Assembly (NCBI RefSeq): GCF_000143415.4
Contig: NW_003314267.1
Location: 1,810,100-1,874,099, forward strand
Direction of reading: 5' to 3'
DNA length: 64,000 nucleotides
Origin: Selaginella moellendorffii
Taxonomy: Eukaryota > Plantae > Lycopodiophyta
Shown here: one piece after another, positions 1 to 10,958 of the stretch
Layout of the letters: each line of letters begins with the position of its first letter
How positions within the stretch are numbered: the first letter of the stretch is position 1
Position numbers and translations under genes: made by a program
The notes under the pieces: model-generated
Told to the model about the DNA's origin: nothing
Databases searched by the model: none
The model's input: only the letters and a program-made list of their open reading frames with translations

Positions 1-478
1 CAATATTTGACGAACATTCTTTCATTTATCCGAGTAGAGTCTGCCGAACACCTGGGTTGCATATAAATGGGAGAACAACAATGCTACAACTCTCATCATC
101 ATCCACTTGTGGAGTACAAAGTGAATGATTTGGTATTAGTCCATTTTCCCCATCTTACGATATATAGTTTATCTAAAAAACTCCTTGCTCAGTGGAAAGG
201 ATTGTATTAGATGTTATAGCAAGTTGGACTATAAGTTTATGAAGTTTGGCATGACATTTAACAAATTGATCCTTCTTCATACAAAGGGATTAAAAAGAAT
301 TAGTATCACCTATACATCTATAAATGTCTTTTTTTGATATTCCTTTAGATCCCAGCTCATCTACAAGAAAATTTTAATGATCTTTCATTATTCTGAGAGG
401 AGGGGATAATATAATGTCCAAATGTAGAGCTATATTTTTTAGAATGCATATTTTTTATATTCCCTTTTTATATTCCAC
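1..478 (+). mobile_element. Degenerate 3' end (integrase tail, polypurine tract, eroded LTR) of a family-A Ty3/gypsy element
   Basis: 1-400 aligns by eye with the reverse complement of 23170-23610 (QYLT..RVESAE..YNSHH..EYKV.DLVLV.FPHLT), with stops. Polypurine tract GAGAGGAGGGGA at ~395-407, followed by an AT-eroded, internally deleted LTR remnant. Confidence 0.85.
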
Positions 479-566
479 TATTAATTAAGTTAAGGATTTA
501 CATTTAACATATGTTGTACAATTTCACTATAAAATTAGTGAAAAGGAAGATGAACCCTAAAATGCG

Positions 567-2768
567 ATGGACGACAGAGGTATGTTTTGTAGCGTCCCAG
601 TTGTTGCCGAATCTTTATGCGGCGCCTTGTCTCTTGCCCCGACCGGATGCAACAGCCCAGTATCTCGGCAAGCCTCCAACGCGAATCTTGTCACGCATGA
701 CGCAACCCACATCGAATCTGTCCACGCATCATTGAAAGCTTGCATCAGCACCAGGGATTTGCAATGGGGGAAAGTGATCCACTCGCAAGGAGCGATCCTC
801 CTCTCCAGGAATGTTAATCTGGCCAATTCCCTCATCACCATGTACTGCAAATGCGGGAGCCTCGACGACGCTCGCAGCGTTTTCGATGGGATGCTACTCC
901 GGGACGTGGTTTCCTGGAACGCTTTGATGCAAGGGTATGTGGACGCTGGCCAGGGAGGCAAGGCCCTAGAGATTTTCTCGCGGATGATGGAAGATAGCGG
1001 CTGTGACCCGGATGCTCGGAGCTTCGTAGCTGCGATCAAGGCTTGCTCCAGCGAGTTCCAAGAAGGAGAGTCTTCGACAGATTCGGATGGGAAAAAGCTC
1101 TCTATCAGGGGGAAAGCTCTCGACAGAGGGCGATGGATTCATTCTCAAGCTGCAAAGTTTGGCTGCGAATCCAACATGTTTGTTTCGAGCTCGCTCATCG
1201 ACTTTTATGCCAAGTGTGGGCGTTTGGTTGACGCGCGCCGGGTTTTCTCCAGAATGCGAGTTCGCGACGTGGTAACTTGGAATGCGATCATTCTGGGACA
1301 TGCCGAGAACGAGGAGCCGGAGCTGGCCTTGGAGTTCTTCTCGAGGATGCAAAGGGAGGGGAGTGTTCCAAACTCTCGAACTTTCGTCGCGGCGATCAAG
1401 GCTTGTGCTGTTCTTGCCGAGTTTGAGTCGAGCACTAGAGTGGAGAAGTCTGATGTGAAGGTGGCGAGCTTGGAGAGAGGCATGGCTCTTCACTCGCAAG
1501 CGGAGAGAAGTGGCAGTGTCTCGGACGTGTTCGTGCGGAATATTTTGGTGGATATGTATGCAAAGTGTGGAGACGTAGAGGATTCCCGGCGTGTTTTTAA
1601 CAGAAGTTCCCATCGCGACGTTGTTTCCTGGAACGCTATGATCCTGGGATACGCAGACAACGGAGAGGAGCATCTAGCTTTGGGGCTTTTCTCGAGCATG
1701 CCCAAGCCAAACTCTCGAAGTTATGTTGCTGCTCTAAAGGCTTGCAGTGCTCTGGCAGCTAAAGAACAAGGCAAGGAGTTTGATGGAAAAGCTGGCATCA
1801 AAATCGATTCTTTGGAGAAAGGCATGGCTCTCCACGCTGGAGCAACGATATCCGGCTGCGAACTCGATCACTTTGTAGCAAACACTCTGGTAGACATGTA
1901 CGTGAAGTGTGGTAGCACTGAAGATGGCCGCAGGGTCTTTGAGAAAATCCCACACCGGAGTGCTGTTTCGTGGAGCGCTTTGATTCTGGGTTATGCAAAC
2001 AACAGACAGGGGGAGCTGGGACTCGAGCTTTTCTTGCAAGAAATGGAGAAAACTCCGGGTTTGACACCAAACGCTCAAGCTTTCAACTCCGTTTTAAAGG
2101 CTTGTGCGAGCGTTGCCAACTTGAGAAGCTCCAAGTTTTTTCACGGAGAGATTTGCAAGAGTGGATGCGAAAGTATCCCTGCGCTGGGGACGAGCCTGGT
2201 GGACTCTTATGGAAAATGCGGCAGTTCGAGCGAGGCACAGCGAGTGTTTGATCTTCTCGCGAGGAACGATGTGGTAAGTTGGACTGCTCTTATTTCTAGC
2301 TACGCTCATCAAGGTGATACTGAAAAGGTTTTGTGCTGGTTTCGCAGGATGCGGGACGAAGGAATTCAAGCAAATGAGGTAACTTTGCTGTGTGTTCTCT
2401 CGGCTTGCAGTCGTGCGGGATTGAGCGACCGAGGGAAGAAATACTTTGAGGCAATGGTTCCAAAGTTTGGTGTCACTCCGAGCATAGAACACTTCCACTG
2501 CATGGTGGACATGCTGGGACGAGCAAACTCGCTGGAGGAGGCGGTGTCCATGGTAAGCTCGATGCCATTTCGAGCGAGCTCGGTGTCATGGATGACAGTG
2601 CTAGATGGTTGCAGGAAGTGGAAGAATGTGGAGGTGGGAAAGCTCGCGTTTGAATCGCTGCTGGAGCTGGACAAGCGAGATTGCGGTGCGTACGTTGTCA
2701 TGGCAAACATCTATGAGAGTGTGGGGATGTTTGAGCAGGCAAAAAGCAGCAGAGAGAAAAGAGAATGA
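567..2768 (+). CDS. PLS-class pentatricopeptide repeat protein, E domain, no DYW
   Basis: Intronless 733-aa ORF with repeated NSLITMYCKCGSLDDARSVFDGM..RDVVSWNAL motifs. Ends EHFHCMVDMLGRA...WMTVLDGC...AYVVMANIY. Confidence 0.93.
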   Translation: MDDRGMFCSVPVVAESLCGALSLAPTGCNSPVSRQASNANLVTHDATHIESVHASLKACISTRDLQWGKVIHSQGAILLSRNVNLANSLITMYCKCGSLDDARSVFDGMLLRDVVSWNALMQGYVDAGQGGKALEIFSRMMEDSGCDPDARSFVAAIKACSSEFQEGESSTDSDGKKLSIRGKALDRGRWIHSQAAKFGCESNMFVSSSLIDFYAKCGRLVDARRVFSRMRVRDVVTWNAIILGHAENEEPELALEFFSRMQREGSVPNSRTFVAAIKACAVLAEFESSTRVEKSDVKVASLERGMALHSQAERSGSVSDVFVRNILVDMYAKCGDVEDSRRVFNRSSHRDVVSWNAMILGYADNGEEHLALGLFSSMPKPNSRSYVAALKACSALAAKEQGKEFDGKAGIKIDSLEKGMALHAGATISGCELDHFVANTLVDMYVKCGSTEDGRRVFEKIPHRSAVSWSALILGYANNRQGELGLELFLQEMEKTPGLTPNAQAFNSVLKACASVANLRSSKFFHGEICKSGCESIPALGTSLVDSYGKCGSSSEAQRVFDLLARNDVVSWTALISSYAHQGDTEKVLCWFRRMRDEGIQANEVTLLCVLSACSRAGLSDRGKKYFEAMVPKFGVTPSIEHFHCMVDMLGRANSLEEAVSMVSSMPFRASSVSWMTVLDGCRKWKNVEVGKLAFESLLELDKRDCGAYVVMANIYESVGMFEQAKSSREKRE

Positions 2769-3696
2769 TCGAGTGGATCGGGACCGAAGAACAGCAGAGG
2801 ATGAAACACTCGCAGGTAGATGTCTTTCTCTTCACGAGCAATCTACGTTGCATTGAGCAGCCGCGAGAGCGAAGAGCACCGCGTTCAGCTGGGAATTATT
2901 AAACCAAGGTGGAAGAATTCACTCGTGAGAAAGCTCCGGGATACAGATCCAGGTTCTAGCGTTTGGATCGACAAAAGAGTGAACATAAACAACAACTTGA
3001 CGAAGAAAACACACAGGAACAGGGACACGGACAGGAACAGGAAACTGGAACATGGAGAATTCAACACGGGATGAAATGGAAAGGCAGGGAAAAAGGATTT
3101 TTCTTCCTCCAGATGCAGACAATGCTTCGCCGTGTCTCGATCAATGACCGCTCAAGGCTCTCGATGCAATCAAAGTATACACTACGACACGCTCAGCGCT
3201 CCTCTCCGCTCGTAGCAATCCGACAAAGGCGGCGCTTTTGTTTCACTCGAACACGCAAACGCCTCTTCCGGGACAGTTTTACACTTGATCGATCGCGAGC
3301 AACGCCAACTTTCGCGTGTCCGTGGGAATCCTTTCGTCCTCTTGTAGCAGCCAGCGGGTGGAGATTTTTGTGTGAGAGCCGGGAGCTGGATCGAATCCAT
3401 CTCTCGAACCCCGTGACAGATCTACGCCGGCATTTCTTTCCGACACATTCCCCGCGTGTCAGTTTCCTCGCGTCCTTTTCTTCCTCTCGACCAACTTTCT
3501 TTCTTTTTTCTTCTTCCTCGTCACTGTTCCTGGCAGTGTTTGTTTTCTTCCGCTCGAATCCGCTGCTATATTTCTCCCACGACGCCCTTTCATTGAATTC
3601 ATTGTACAGTCATCTTCTTTTTTTTTCTTCCTTTTTTTCTTCCGCTTCTTCTTCTCTCTCCCCCAATTCTCACAAAAAAAGAAAAAAAGAAAAAAA

Positions 3697-5361
3697 ATGT
3701 TTCATCATCCATTCCAAGAAGATCACATACCTTCTCACGAGTTTATGCTTCAACCTGAGGAGCTTCTTATGGATATGGAACTTTGTCCTTCGAAAAAGGA
3801 GCTCGAGGCTCTTTTTGTTTATGGCGGCGAGCCCGACTCCGTCTTGGATCTCGGCCCTTACATCAGTCCTCTCAATAGTCCCAGCTCCGAGGCCTCGAGC
3901 ACCATTTTCAACACACATGGATTCTCCGACGAGCCTTGGGAGTATGAGACGATCGAGGACATGAATTTCGACTTGGATCTCTTGTCTCCCACTTCGACAA
4001 CTTCCAGCAGCGATATCTCCCTCCAGGATCCAGCCGATGATGATACTTGCGATGATCATCTCAACATGCTCGAAGATCTACTGCTGGACGACGATGATCA
4101 CGATGGTCACACTCGGCAGGAACTGGAAGTGGAGCAGCAGCAAAACCACGACGTGGATCAAGGCAGCAAGCTTGACGCTCCACGAGAGGAAGAAGAAGAA
4201 GAAGAAGGAATAGAAGAGGTCGAAAGAGCAGGAGAAAAACAAGACGAGGAGAAGAGAGGCCTGGAGATCGTCCACTTGCTGCTAGCATGTGTGGAGAACA
4301 TCCAAGGCGGAGACATGGCAACATCAAAGCTCATACTGGATCATCTCGCTGCTTCCAGTCGCGATCATCCTCCACACCTCTCAAGCCCGATCGAGAGAGT
4401 CTCCACACACATCTGCAAAGCTCTGAGCGAGAGAATCACCAAAACATCCATCTTCGACGCCACCACCAGCGATGATCTTGCCTTTGCGCGCCGAGCCTTC
4501 TACCAACACTTCCCATTCCTCAAGTTCGCGCACTTCACTGCAAACCAGGCCATCCTCGAGTCCCTGCGAGGCTGCTCCAAGCTCCACATCGTGGATCTCG
4601 ACATCGATCAAGGCATGCAGTGGCCAAGCCTCATCCAGGCGCTCTCGCAGATCGAAAACGCTCCATCTCTTCGCATCACCGGCGTCGGATCCAGCCTCGC
4701 CGAGCTCCAGAGCACCGGACGCCGGCTAACCGAGTTCGCCACGTCCATCGGCTACCACAAGCTCGACTATCACCCCGTCCGGCTAGACTCCCCCGACCAG
4801 CTCGATCCCTCGGCCTTCTCTCTCGGCGACGATGACGATCAAGATCTGGGCCTGGCCGTGAATTGCTCGATGTTCCTCCATCGTCTCCTCGGCAACCATC
4901 CAGCGCTGGAACGCACACTTTGCATGATCCGGGCATGGAATCCACGCATTGTCACGGTGTCCGAGATGGAAGCCAACCACAACACTCCGAGCTTCGTGGA
5001 TCGATTCGTGGAGGCTCTCCATTTCTACTCGGCGGTGTTCGATTGCCTGGAGTCGGCTCTGGCACGGACGGACCCGGACAGGATCTACATCGAGGGCGCC
5101 ATGTTTGCCGGAGAGATCCGGAGCATTCTTGCCTGCGAGGGCGCCGACAGGATCGTCCGGCATGCCCGGAGCGAGAGCTGGAGGGATTTCATGCGGTGGT
5201 CGGGGTTTAAAGATGTTGGACTGAGCGATCACTCGCTCTATCAGGCTCACGTATTTCTCACATTGTATTCGCAGGCGTATAGGCTGACGAGGGAAGAACA
5301 GGCACTTATACTGGGCTGGCATGACACTCCCGTAGTGTCCATCTCCACTTGGAGCTGCTAA
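3697..5361 (+). CDS. GRAS-family transcription factor (RAM1-like by eye)
   Basis: Intronless 554 aa. LHRI (GLEIVHLLLAC), PFLKFAHFTANQAILE, VHIID-type LHIVDLDIDQGMQW, RFVEALHFYSAVFD, ACEGADRIVRH and SAW-type ending STWSC. Acidic N-terminus. Confidence 0.95.
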   Translation: MFHHPFQEDHIPSHEFMLQPEELLMDMELCPSKKELEALFVYGGEPDSVLDLGPYISPLNSPSSEASSTIFNTHGFSDEPWEYETIEDMNFDLDLLSPTSTTSSSDISLQDPADDDTCDDHLNMLEDLLLDDDDHDGHTRQELEVEQQQNHDVDQGSKLDAPREEEEEEEGIEEVERAGEKQDEEKRGLEIVHLLLACVENIQGGDMATSKLILDHLAASSRDHPPHLSSPIERVSTHICKALSERITKTSIFDATTSDDLAFARRAFYQHFPFLKFAHFTANQAILESLRGCSKLHIVDLDIDQGMQWPSLIQALSQIENAPSLRITGVGSSLAELQSTGRRLTEFATSIGYHKLDYHPVRLDSPDQLDPSAFSLGDDDDQDLGLAVNCSMFLHRLLGNHPALERTLCMIRAWNPRIVTVSEMEANHNTPSFVDRFVEALHFYSAVFDCLESALARTDPDRIYIEGAMFAGEIRSILACEGADRIVRHARSESWRDFMRWSGFKDVGLSDHSLYQAHVFLTLYSQAYRLTREEQALILGWHDTPVVSISTWSC

Positions 5362-5432
5362 ACACTTCAATCCAAAACTGTGTATATAAACACTACAGGT
5401 AAAACTTTTTTTTTTTCCTTTCTTTTTGAAAT

Positions 5433-5790
5433 AAAGGGAGAGAGAACAAGCAAAAAAAAAAAAAAAAACAGTGGTATGTTCTCTATAACTATGGGGAGCC
5501 GAAAGTGATGACCTCTTGTGTCCTTCAGCTTCTATCTTTTTAAATAATCAAGGCTTCTGTTTTTATATGGTTTCATGGTTTACTTCAATGTATGCATAAA
5601 CATGGCTAGAGGTAAATTATTTTATTTTATTTTTCACACAATTAAAGAGAAGAAAAAGGGAGAGAGAACAAGCAAAAAAAAAAAAAAACTTTTAGAGGAG
5701 CTGAAAGTGAGACCTCTTGTATCCTTCAGCTTATCTTTTATTTTGTAAATAATCAAGGCCTCTTATTTGATATGGTTTCATGGTTTTGTG
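5433..5790 (+). repeat. Local direct duplication (~150 bp x2) between the GRAS and PPR genes
   Basis: AAAGGGAGAGAGAACAAGC(A)n...GAAAGTGA.GACCTCTTGT.TCCTTCAGCT...AATAATCAAGGC...TATGGTTTCATGGTT occurs at ~5433-5582 and ~5655-5787. Confidence 0.8.
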
Positions 5791-5800
5791 ATTTTCATGG

Positions 5801-7678
5801 ATGAGAAAGCTAGAGTGGATTGACGTGATAAGAGGCTGCAAGAGTCTATCAAGGGCGAGAGAGATCCATAGGCAAATTTCGAGCAGCCAAGGAGGGGCCA
5901 GGCACTTTAGCAAAGATCCAACTTTTCTCTCTAATCTCCTCATCCAGATGTATGGCAAATGCGGTGGCGTGGGCGATGCGCTGGCTGTTTTCCAGGCCCT
6001 TTCTCAAAAAAACACTCACACTTGGAATTTGATGCTCCAGGCGTGTCTCGTCAACAGTGGTCTCGAGCAAGCCAAGGAAATCTTTGGAGCTATGCCGGAT
6101 CCAGATGCGTTGTCTGGAGAAGCGATGGTGAAAGCATTGATTCGAAACGAGCAGCCGCTGGAAGCAAAGAGATGTTTCGAGCGTCTGGGACAGCGAGACG
6201 AATCTCTCTGGGCACTGATTTTTGCAGCACTTGCCCAAAAGTGGTATCTTCTTGCGGCGGAGGAGGTCTTTGTTAGAACACCTCTTGTAAACGATCTGAC
6301 CTGGGGAAACATGATAAACATGTATGGAAGAAATGGAAATCTAGATGAAGCTAAACATTTGTTCGTCTCCATGCCGGAAAAAAACCTTGTCGTGTGGAGT
6401 TCTTTGATCACTGCCTATGCCCAATACGGGCATTTCGTCAAGTCGATAGAGATGTTTAAAAGAGTCCCGGCTTTGGATCTTGTCTTGTGTTCGGTGATGT
6501 TGCGAGGCTTTGGAGAAAATGGAAATGTTGAAGAGGCAAAAATCTTGTTTGATTCCATGCCAGAACGAAACCAAGTGTCTTGGTGTGCTATGACCACCGC
6601 AGCCTCGCGGAGCGGGAGCATTGAGGAGGCCAGAGAAGTGTTCGATAGAATCCCAGAGTGTGATCTCGTTGGATGGAACGGGATCTTAGCAGCGTACTCC
6701 ATGCGAGGAGAGGCCGAGGTGGTAAAGACGCTGTTCGATCGAATGCCCGAGAGAGACGAGATCTCCTGGAACACACTTTCAGCTGGGCTCTTCGAGAGCT
6801 CCAAGACGACCCTGGAGGTGGTGAGAGAAACGTTTCGGAGAGTTCCAAAGCATAGCGTGGGATGCTGCACAGTGGCGATCACCGCCAGTGGCGACGCGAG
6901 AGAAGCAAAGCTGGTGTTTGATTCCATGAGGCATCGCGACGTTGTGTCATGGACGTCGCTCTTCAAAGCCCACTTCCAAGGTGGCGAGCTCCAAGAAGCC
7001 AAAGAAGTCTTCGAGAGAATGCCTGTGTATGACTTGGTTTCCTGGAACGCAATGCTCACAGGATTCTCACAGAGTGGCCGCATGGACGACGCAAGGCTGG
7101 TTTTCTCCAAGCTCCCGGAGAAAAACTTGGTATCCATGACGACGATGCTGGCAGGATTTGCAAAGAGCGGCCAGCTTACCACGGCGAAGAGCGTGTTTGA
7201 CGAGATGCCGGACATGAACGTCCCGACTTGGAACTCGATGATCGCAGGCTACGCTCAAAACGGGCACTTTCGCGAGTCGATGGAGACGTTCCAGTTGATG
7301 CAGCTGGAAGGTTTCAGGCCCGACGATGGCACGTACAGCAGCGTGATCCTGGCAGGAAACCACGCAGGAACTCTTTCGGTGGCTCGATCCCGGTTTGTGT
7401 CGATGGTGGACGACTATGGCTTAGTTCCGAAGAAGGAACACTACAGTTCCATGGTGGACGTGTTGAGCCGAGCCGGACACTTGACAGAAGCGGAGGATCT
7501 GATCGTAAGCATGCCTTTTGTTGCTGATGATCGAGACTGGAGGACTTTACTCGGCGCCTGCAAAGATCTGAATGATTCGGAGCAAGGAGGCCGCGCTGCA
7601 AAGTTTGCGCTTGAGTTGGAGCCTGAAAGCTCTGCATCATATGTGGTGTTGGCAAATTTGTGCAAGTTAGAAGCATAG
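5801..7678 (+). CDS. PPR protein with tandem short (SS-type, ~31 aa) motifs and truncated E domain
   Basis: 625-aa intronless ORF with repeated AK.LFDSMPERN.VSW motifs. C-terminal EHYSSMVDVLSRAGHL...WRTLLGAC...YVVLANL. Confidence 0.93.
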   Translation: MRKLEWIDVIRGCKSLSRAREIHRQISSSQGGARHFSKDPTFLSNLLIQMYGKCGGVGDALAVFQALSQKNTHTWNLMLQACLVNSGLEQAKEIFGAMPDPDALSGEAMVKALIRNEQPLEAKRCFERLGQRDESLWALIFAALAQKWYLLAAEEVFVRTPLVNDLTWGNMINMYGRNGNLDEAKHLFVSMPEKNLVVWSSLITAYAQYGHFVKSIEMFKRVPALDLVLCSVMLRGFGENGNVEEAKILFDSMPERNQVSWCAMTTAASRSGSIEEAREVFDRIPECDLVGWNGILAAYSMRGEAEVVKTLFDRMPERDEISWNTLSAGLFESSKTTLEVVRETFRRVPKHSVGCCTVAITASGDAREAKLVFDSMRHRDVVSWTSLFKAHFQGGELQEAKEVFERMPVYDLVSWNAMLTGFSQSGRMDDARLVFSKLPEKNLVSMTTMLAGFAKSGQLTTAKSVFDEMPDMNVPTWNSMIAGYAQNGHFRESMETFQLMQLEGFRPDDGTYSSVILAGNHAGTLSVARSRFVSMVDDYGLVPKKEHYSSMVDVLSRAGHLTEAEDLIVSMPFVADDRDWRTLLGACKDLNDSEQGGRAAKFALELEPESSASYVVLANLCKLEA

Positions 7679-7700
7679 ATCTCAGCGAAAACCATTACCA

Positions 7701-9683
7701 TTAATTCAAACTTTCCTCGAGCTCCACATGTATATCGAAAACCTTGTCATCGCGCTGGACTTTAAGAACGACTCGATCTCCAATCTCATGATCGTCCAGA
7801 GCTTTCGCTAGTTCCGGTGGGTTTTTAATCTGAGGAAGCCATGTTGGGTGAAATGTCTATACTCCAATCAAGACCGGATTTCCTTACAGAAAGATTGTCG
7901 ACTGCAAGAATGACATCTCCAAGCAGAATGTTTCCCGCAATTCCACGCCGCGTTGCCACTAAACCAGCCTTGGCAGCAGTGCTCGAAGGTAAAACCTGAA
8001 ATTATGATATGTTTCGAAAAGTATGAAGAAGAAAGAGATCACGTACCGAAAGAACTAGTGAGCCTTTCTTGACGTTAAGCTGTTTTGCAACAATGTCTGG
8101 TGCGACTTGAATTTTCAAACCAGCATGCATGATCTGACATAAAATACAAGTTAGAGAAACTTAAGGAGGCCAAAAAATCAACCTTTCCATATTTGATCAG
8201 CTGAGGCACCACTCTCGACACTGCATCCACTGGAATAGCGAAACCAATTCCCGCGGACGTGCCTAAGTGGTAAGAAATCATATCGAGAACAATAAAAAAA
8301 ATAATCAACCAGTTTACCTGTTCGAGTGAAAATCGCAGCATTGATTCCGATCAGCTTTCCCTCAGAGTTTAATAACGGACCACCACTGCTCACAAAAATG
8401 GTCAGAGTAGAAAGGAAAGAGAAAAGAACTCACCTATTTCCTGGATTTATGGCAGCATCGGTTTGGATGCCTCCGCCAATTATCACACCGGTCTGGCTGT
8501 TTATGTCTCGATTCAAACCACTTACAACCCCCACCGTGAGTGTGTGATCAAATCCAAATGGATTCCCTATGGCCAGGCAGCGCTGGCCAACTTTTAAGTT
8601 CGAGGATTTTCCCACAGAGATTGGATGGAGAAGTGCTTCAGGAGCATCAATCTGTAAAAAGAAAGACGTGGTAAATTCTCTGCCGAAAAGAACAATCGAT
8701 GAAACATCATATACTTTGAGAACAGCAAGATCTTTGGTCTTGTCTGCGCCAACCAAAGTCGCTTGGAAAGTCTTTTGAACCCTGGAAGACGGAAAAGCAT
8801 CCAGTAAGTCGTCAATGGCGAAACCAAAAACAAGCCATACCCGTCCTCCACAAGAAGTGAAACTCGAGCCACAGGTTTTTTCTTTCCGAGGCCTTTGGAC
8901 AAGGCGCTACCAATAACTGTAACACCAATCTTAGGCGAAAAACAAAGGAAACAAGAACTAGAACTGACCGTGATAGTTTGTGACAATGTGACCATCTTTG
9001 TCCCACACAATTCCTGTTCCATTACCTTCTGGAACCTAGCAAGAAGCAAGAAACTCTTTTCAGCGGCTGTGATCTCAGTTGCATCAAACATTTACCTCCA
9101 CTGATCCAGTCAAGTTGAGCTCCGGTTTAAGTGTGGTGTCGAAAACATTAACCACGGAGAATGTGTTGTTTTCAAAGAGTTTGGCAATCCGTTCCTACAG
9201 CCTGCCAACACAACTCCATCAATCTATCCAAAAACGAAGCAAAGAAAGAAGCTTTTCTCCTTTTATGTGCTCACCTCACTGGGTGGAAGATCGCCGCGAG
9301 GAGCTACAGGTGGAGTAACGTCCTCCAGTGTGACAGTGGAATCTCCCAAAGCAAGTGCTGTAAAACAAATATCAAAGCTGGAAAAGAAAAAAATCCTTGC
9401 ACCAGAGAACGAAAAAAACAGGTAGAAAATTTGTGCAAGAGCATAGAAACGAAATCGATGCACGCAAGTGCAAAGAACGAAAAAAATCAATGAGGATTTC
9501 ATACCTGGGAGTGTAGGCAGGGAGAATCCAAAGATGAGCATTCCAGCCCCAACAGCGCGCCTGGAATTCACAGCCCTGGCGCTGCAAGAAACAAAGATTG
9601 CGTGAGCATTCCATTCGCAATCTCGCTACTCACTGGCAATGCGAGGCATTCTCGCAGGCCGCGCGCGCCGCCAAAGCCCTCAT
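7701..9683 (-). CDS. DEG8: Chloroplast thylakoid-lumen Deg/HtrA serine protease, DEG8-type (multi-exon)
   Basis: Exons encode KDLAVLK, AIGNPFGFDHTLTVGVVSGLNR, IQTDAAINPGNSGGPLL, GTSAGIGFAIP and a PDZ tail ...GDRVVLKVQR..ELEESLN* (TAA 7701-7703). N-terminal SRR twin-arginine motif. Start at 9683 is inferred from splice phase. Confidence 0.88.
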
Positions 9684-9805
9684 CTAGTCTAGCTAAGATA
9701 TTTCACCCTTTAGGATATTCATGAATATACCTAATAGGTCAATTTGATTCCCGCCAACACAATGAAATATACTTTTTAGATTAGGGCAAGCTAGGGTTTC
9801 TGTAG

Positions 9806-10840
9806 ATGGAGCGCAGGGGAAGGCGCTCGCCGGATCGGGAGCGCGGCGAGAGAGGGGACAGGCACGGCAGGCGCTACGAGGGCGAAGGATTTGGCAGCGA
9901 CCGCAGAGAGAGGCGCTATGATTCTGGCGACGATTTCGATCGCGGGGACAGGAGGTTTTTCCAGCGTGAGGAAGGTAGAGATTTCCGGCGTGAGAATGTA
10001 GGGAGAAGAGGGGATGGAGCAGCAGCAGCAAGTCAGGAGCTTCCGGAGCTCTACTCGATTTGTAGGGGACGAGTTCACTCGGTGAAACCCTTTGGTTTGT
10101 TTGTTCGTCTAGAAGGCTATCGAGCTCACGGGCTCGTCCATCTCTCGCAAGTGAGCAATCACGAGGTCACGCAGCGGGAAGACTCGGACGAGGTGAAAAT
10201 GCAAGCTTTGGCAGCGATTGCCGGGCAAGGAGAGGAGATATGGGTGAAGATTATCGCCGTGAGACGAGAGGAAGATGGAAGTGTGAAGATCGGTTGCTCG
10301 ATGAAACTTGTTGGGCAGACCGATGGAAGAGACTTGGATCCAAACAATCTCCAGGCCGAGCTCAACGAATCAAGGCCATCTCGTCCTGCTCGTTCCAAAG
10401 TGAGATTTTTATCTTTTCTCTTCGTAGTTCTGATGTATTTGGGAGTGTGGCAGGTTACTCTTGATGCTGTTTACAACGTTTCTTGCTCGCGGTGCGGCGG
10501 TCACGGCCACTTGAAATCTGAATGCTACGCCACCGGTGACAAAACTTACGAGCTGCTTCCAGAGGAAGCTCTGGAGGATTCAGTGCCACAGCCATTGACA
10601 CAGCCATCGACAGTGCTTGCGGAAGAAACTCTAGACAAGGAGAAGAACAGGCACAGCGCATCCAAGTCGAGCAAGAAACGAAGCCATCTCCCAGACAGCG
10701 TTACTACTGTGGAAGAAGCCAAAGCTCTCATCGCGAGCCTCAAGGACGAGAAGAAGAAAAAGAAGGAGAAAAGAGAAAGCAAGCGCCACCATAGCAAGCA
10801 TCACAAGAAGCGGAGGAAAGAGGAAGAATCAGCGCACTAA
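9806..10840 (+). CDS. S1 RNA-binding plus CCHC zinc-knuckle protein (pNO40/ZCCHC17-like)
   Basis: ELPELYSICRGRVHSVKPFGLFV...GLVHLSQVS (S1 domain), GRDLDPNN, CSRCGGHGHLKSEC and a Lys-rich tail. Probable 54-nt in-frame intron at 10400-10453. Confidence 0.85.
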   Translation: MERRGRRSPDRERGERGDRHGRRYEGEGFGSDRRERRYDSGDDFDRGDRRFFQREEGRDFRRENVGRRGDGAAAASQELPELYSICRGRVHSVKPFGLFVRLEGYRAHGLVHLSQVSNHEVTQREDSDEVKMQALAAIAGQGEEIWVKIIAVRREEDGSVKIGCSMKLVGQTDGRDLDPNNLQAELNESRPSRPARSKVRFLSFLFVVLMYLGVWQVTLDAVYNVSCSRCGGHGHLKSECYATGDKTYELLPEEALEDSVPQPLTQPSTVLAEETLDKEKNRHSASKSSKKRSHLPDSVTTVEEAKALIASLKDEKKKKKEKRESKRHHSKHHKKRRKEEESAH

Positions 10841-10958
10841 GGCAAGCGGTGGTGTGGAATATCCGCGTCTTTATGGCACTCGCAGTGCTGACGCGATGCG
10901 ACGGCGACCGTCAGATCTCAAACTCTTTCTTCGCGGGGAGAGAGCTATTTAGTGGGCG

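Noticed and set aside
2963-3964. 333-aa ORF upstream of and overlapping the GRAS gene
   Set aside because: It runs through a CT-rich leader/promoter, gives Phe/Ser low-complexity sequence and overlaps the GRAS ORF in another frame.
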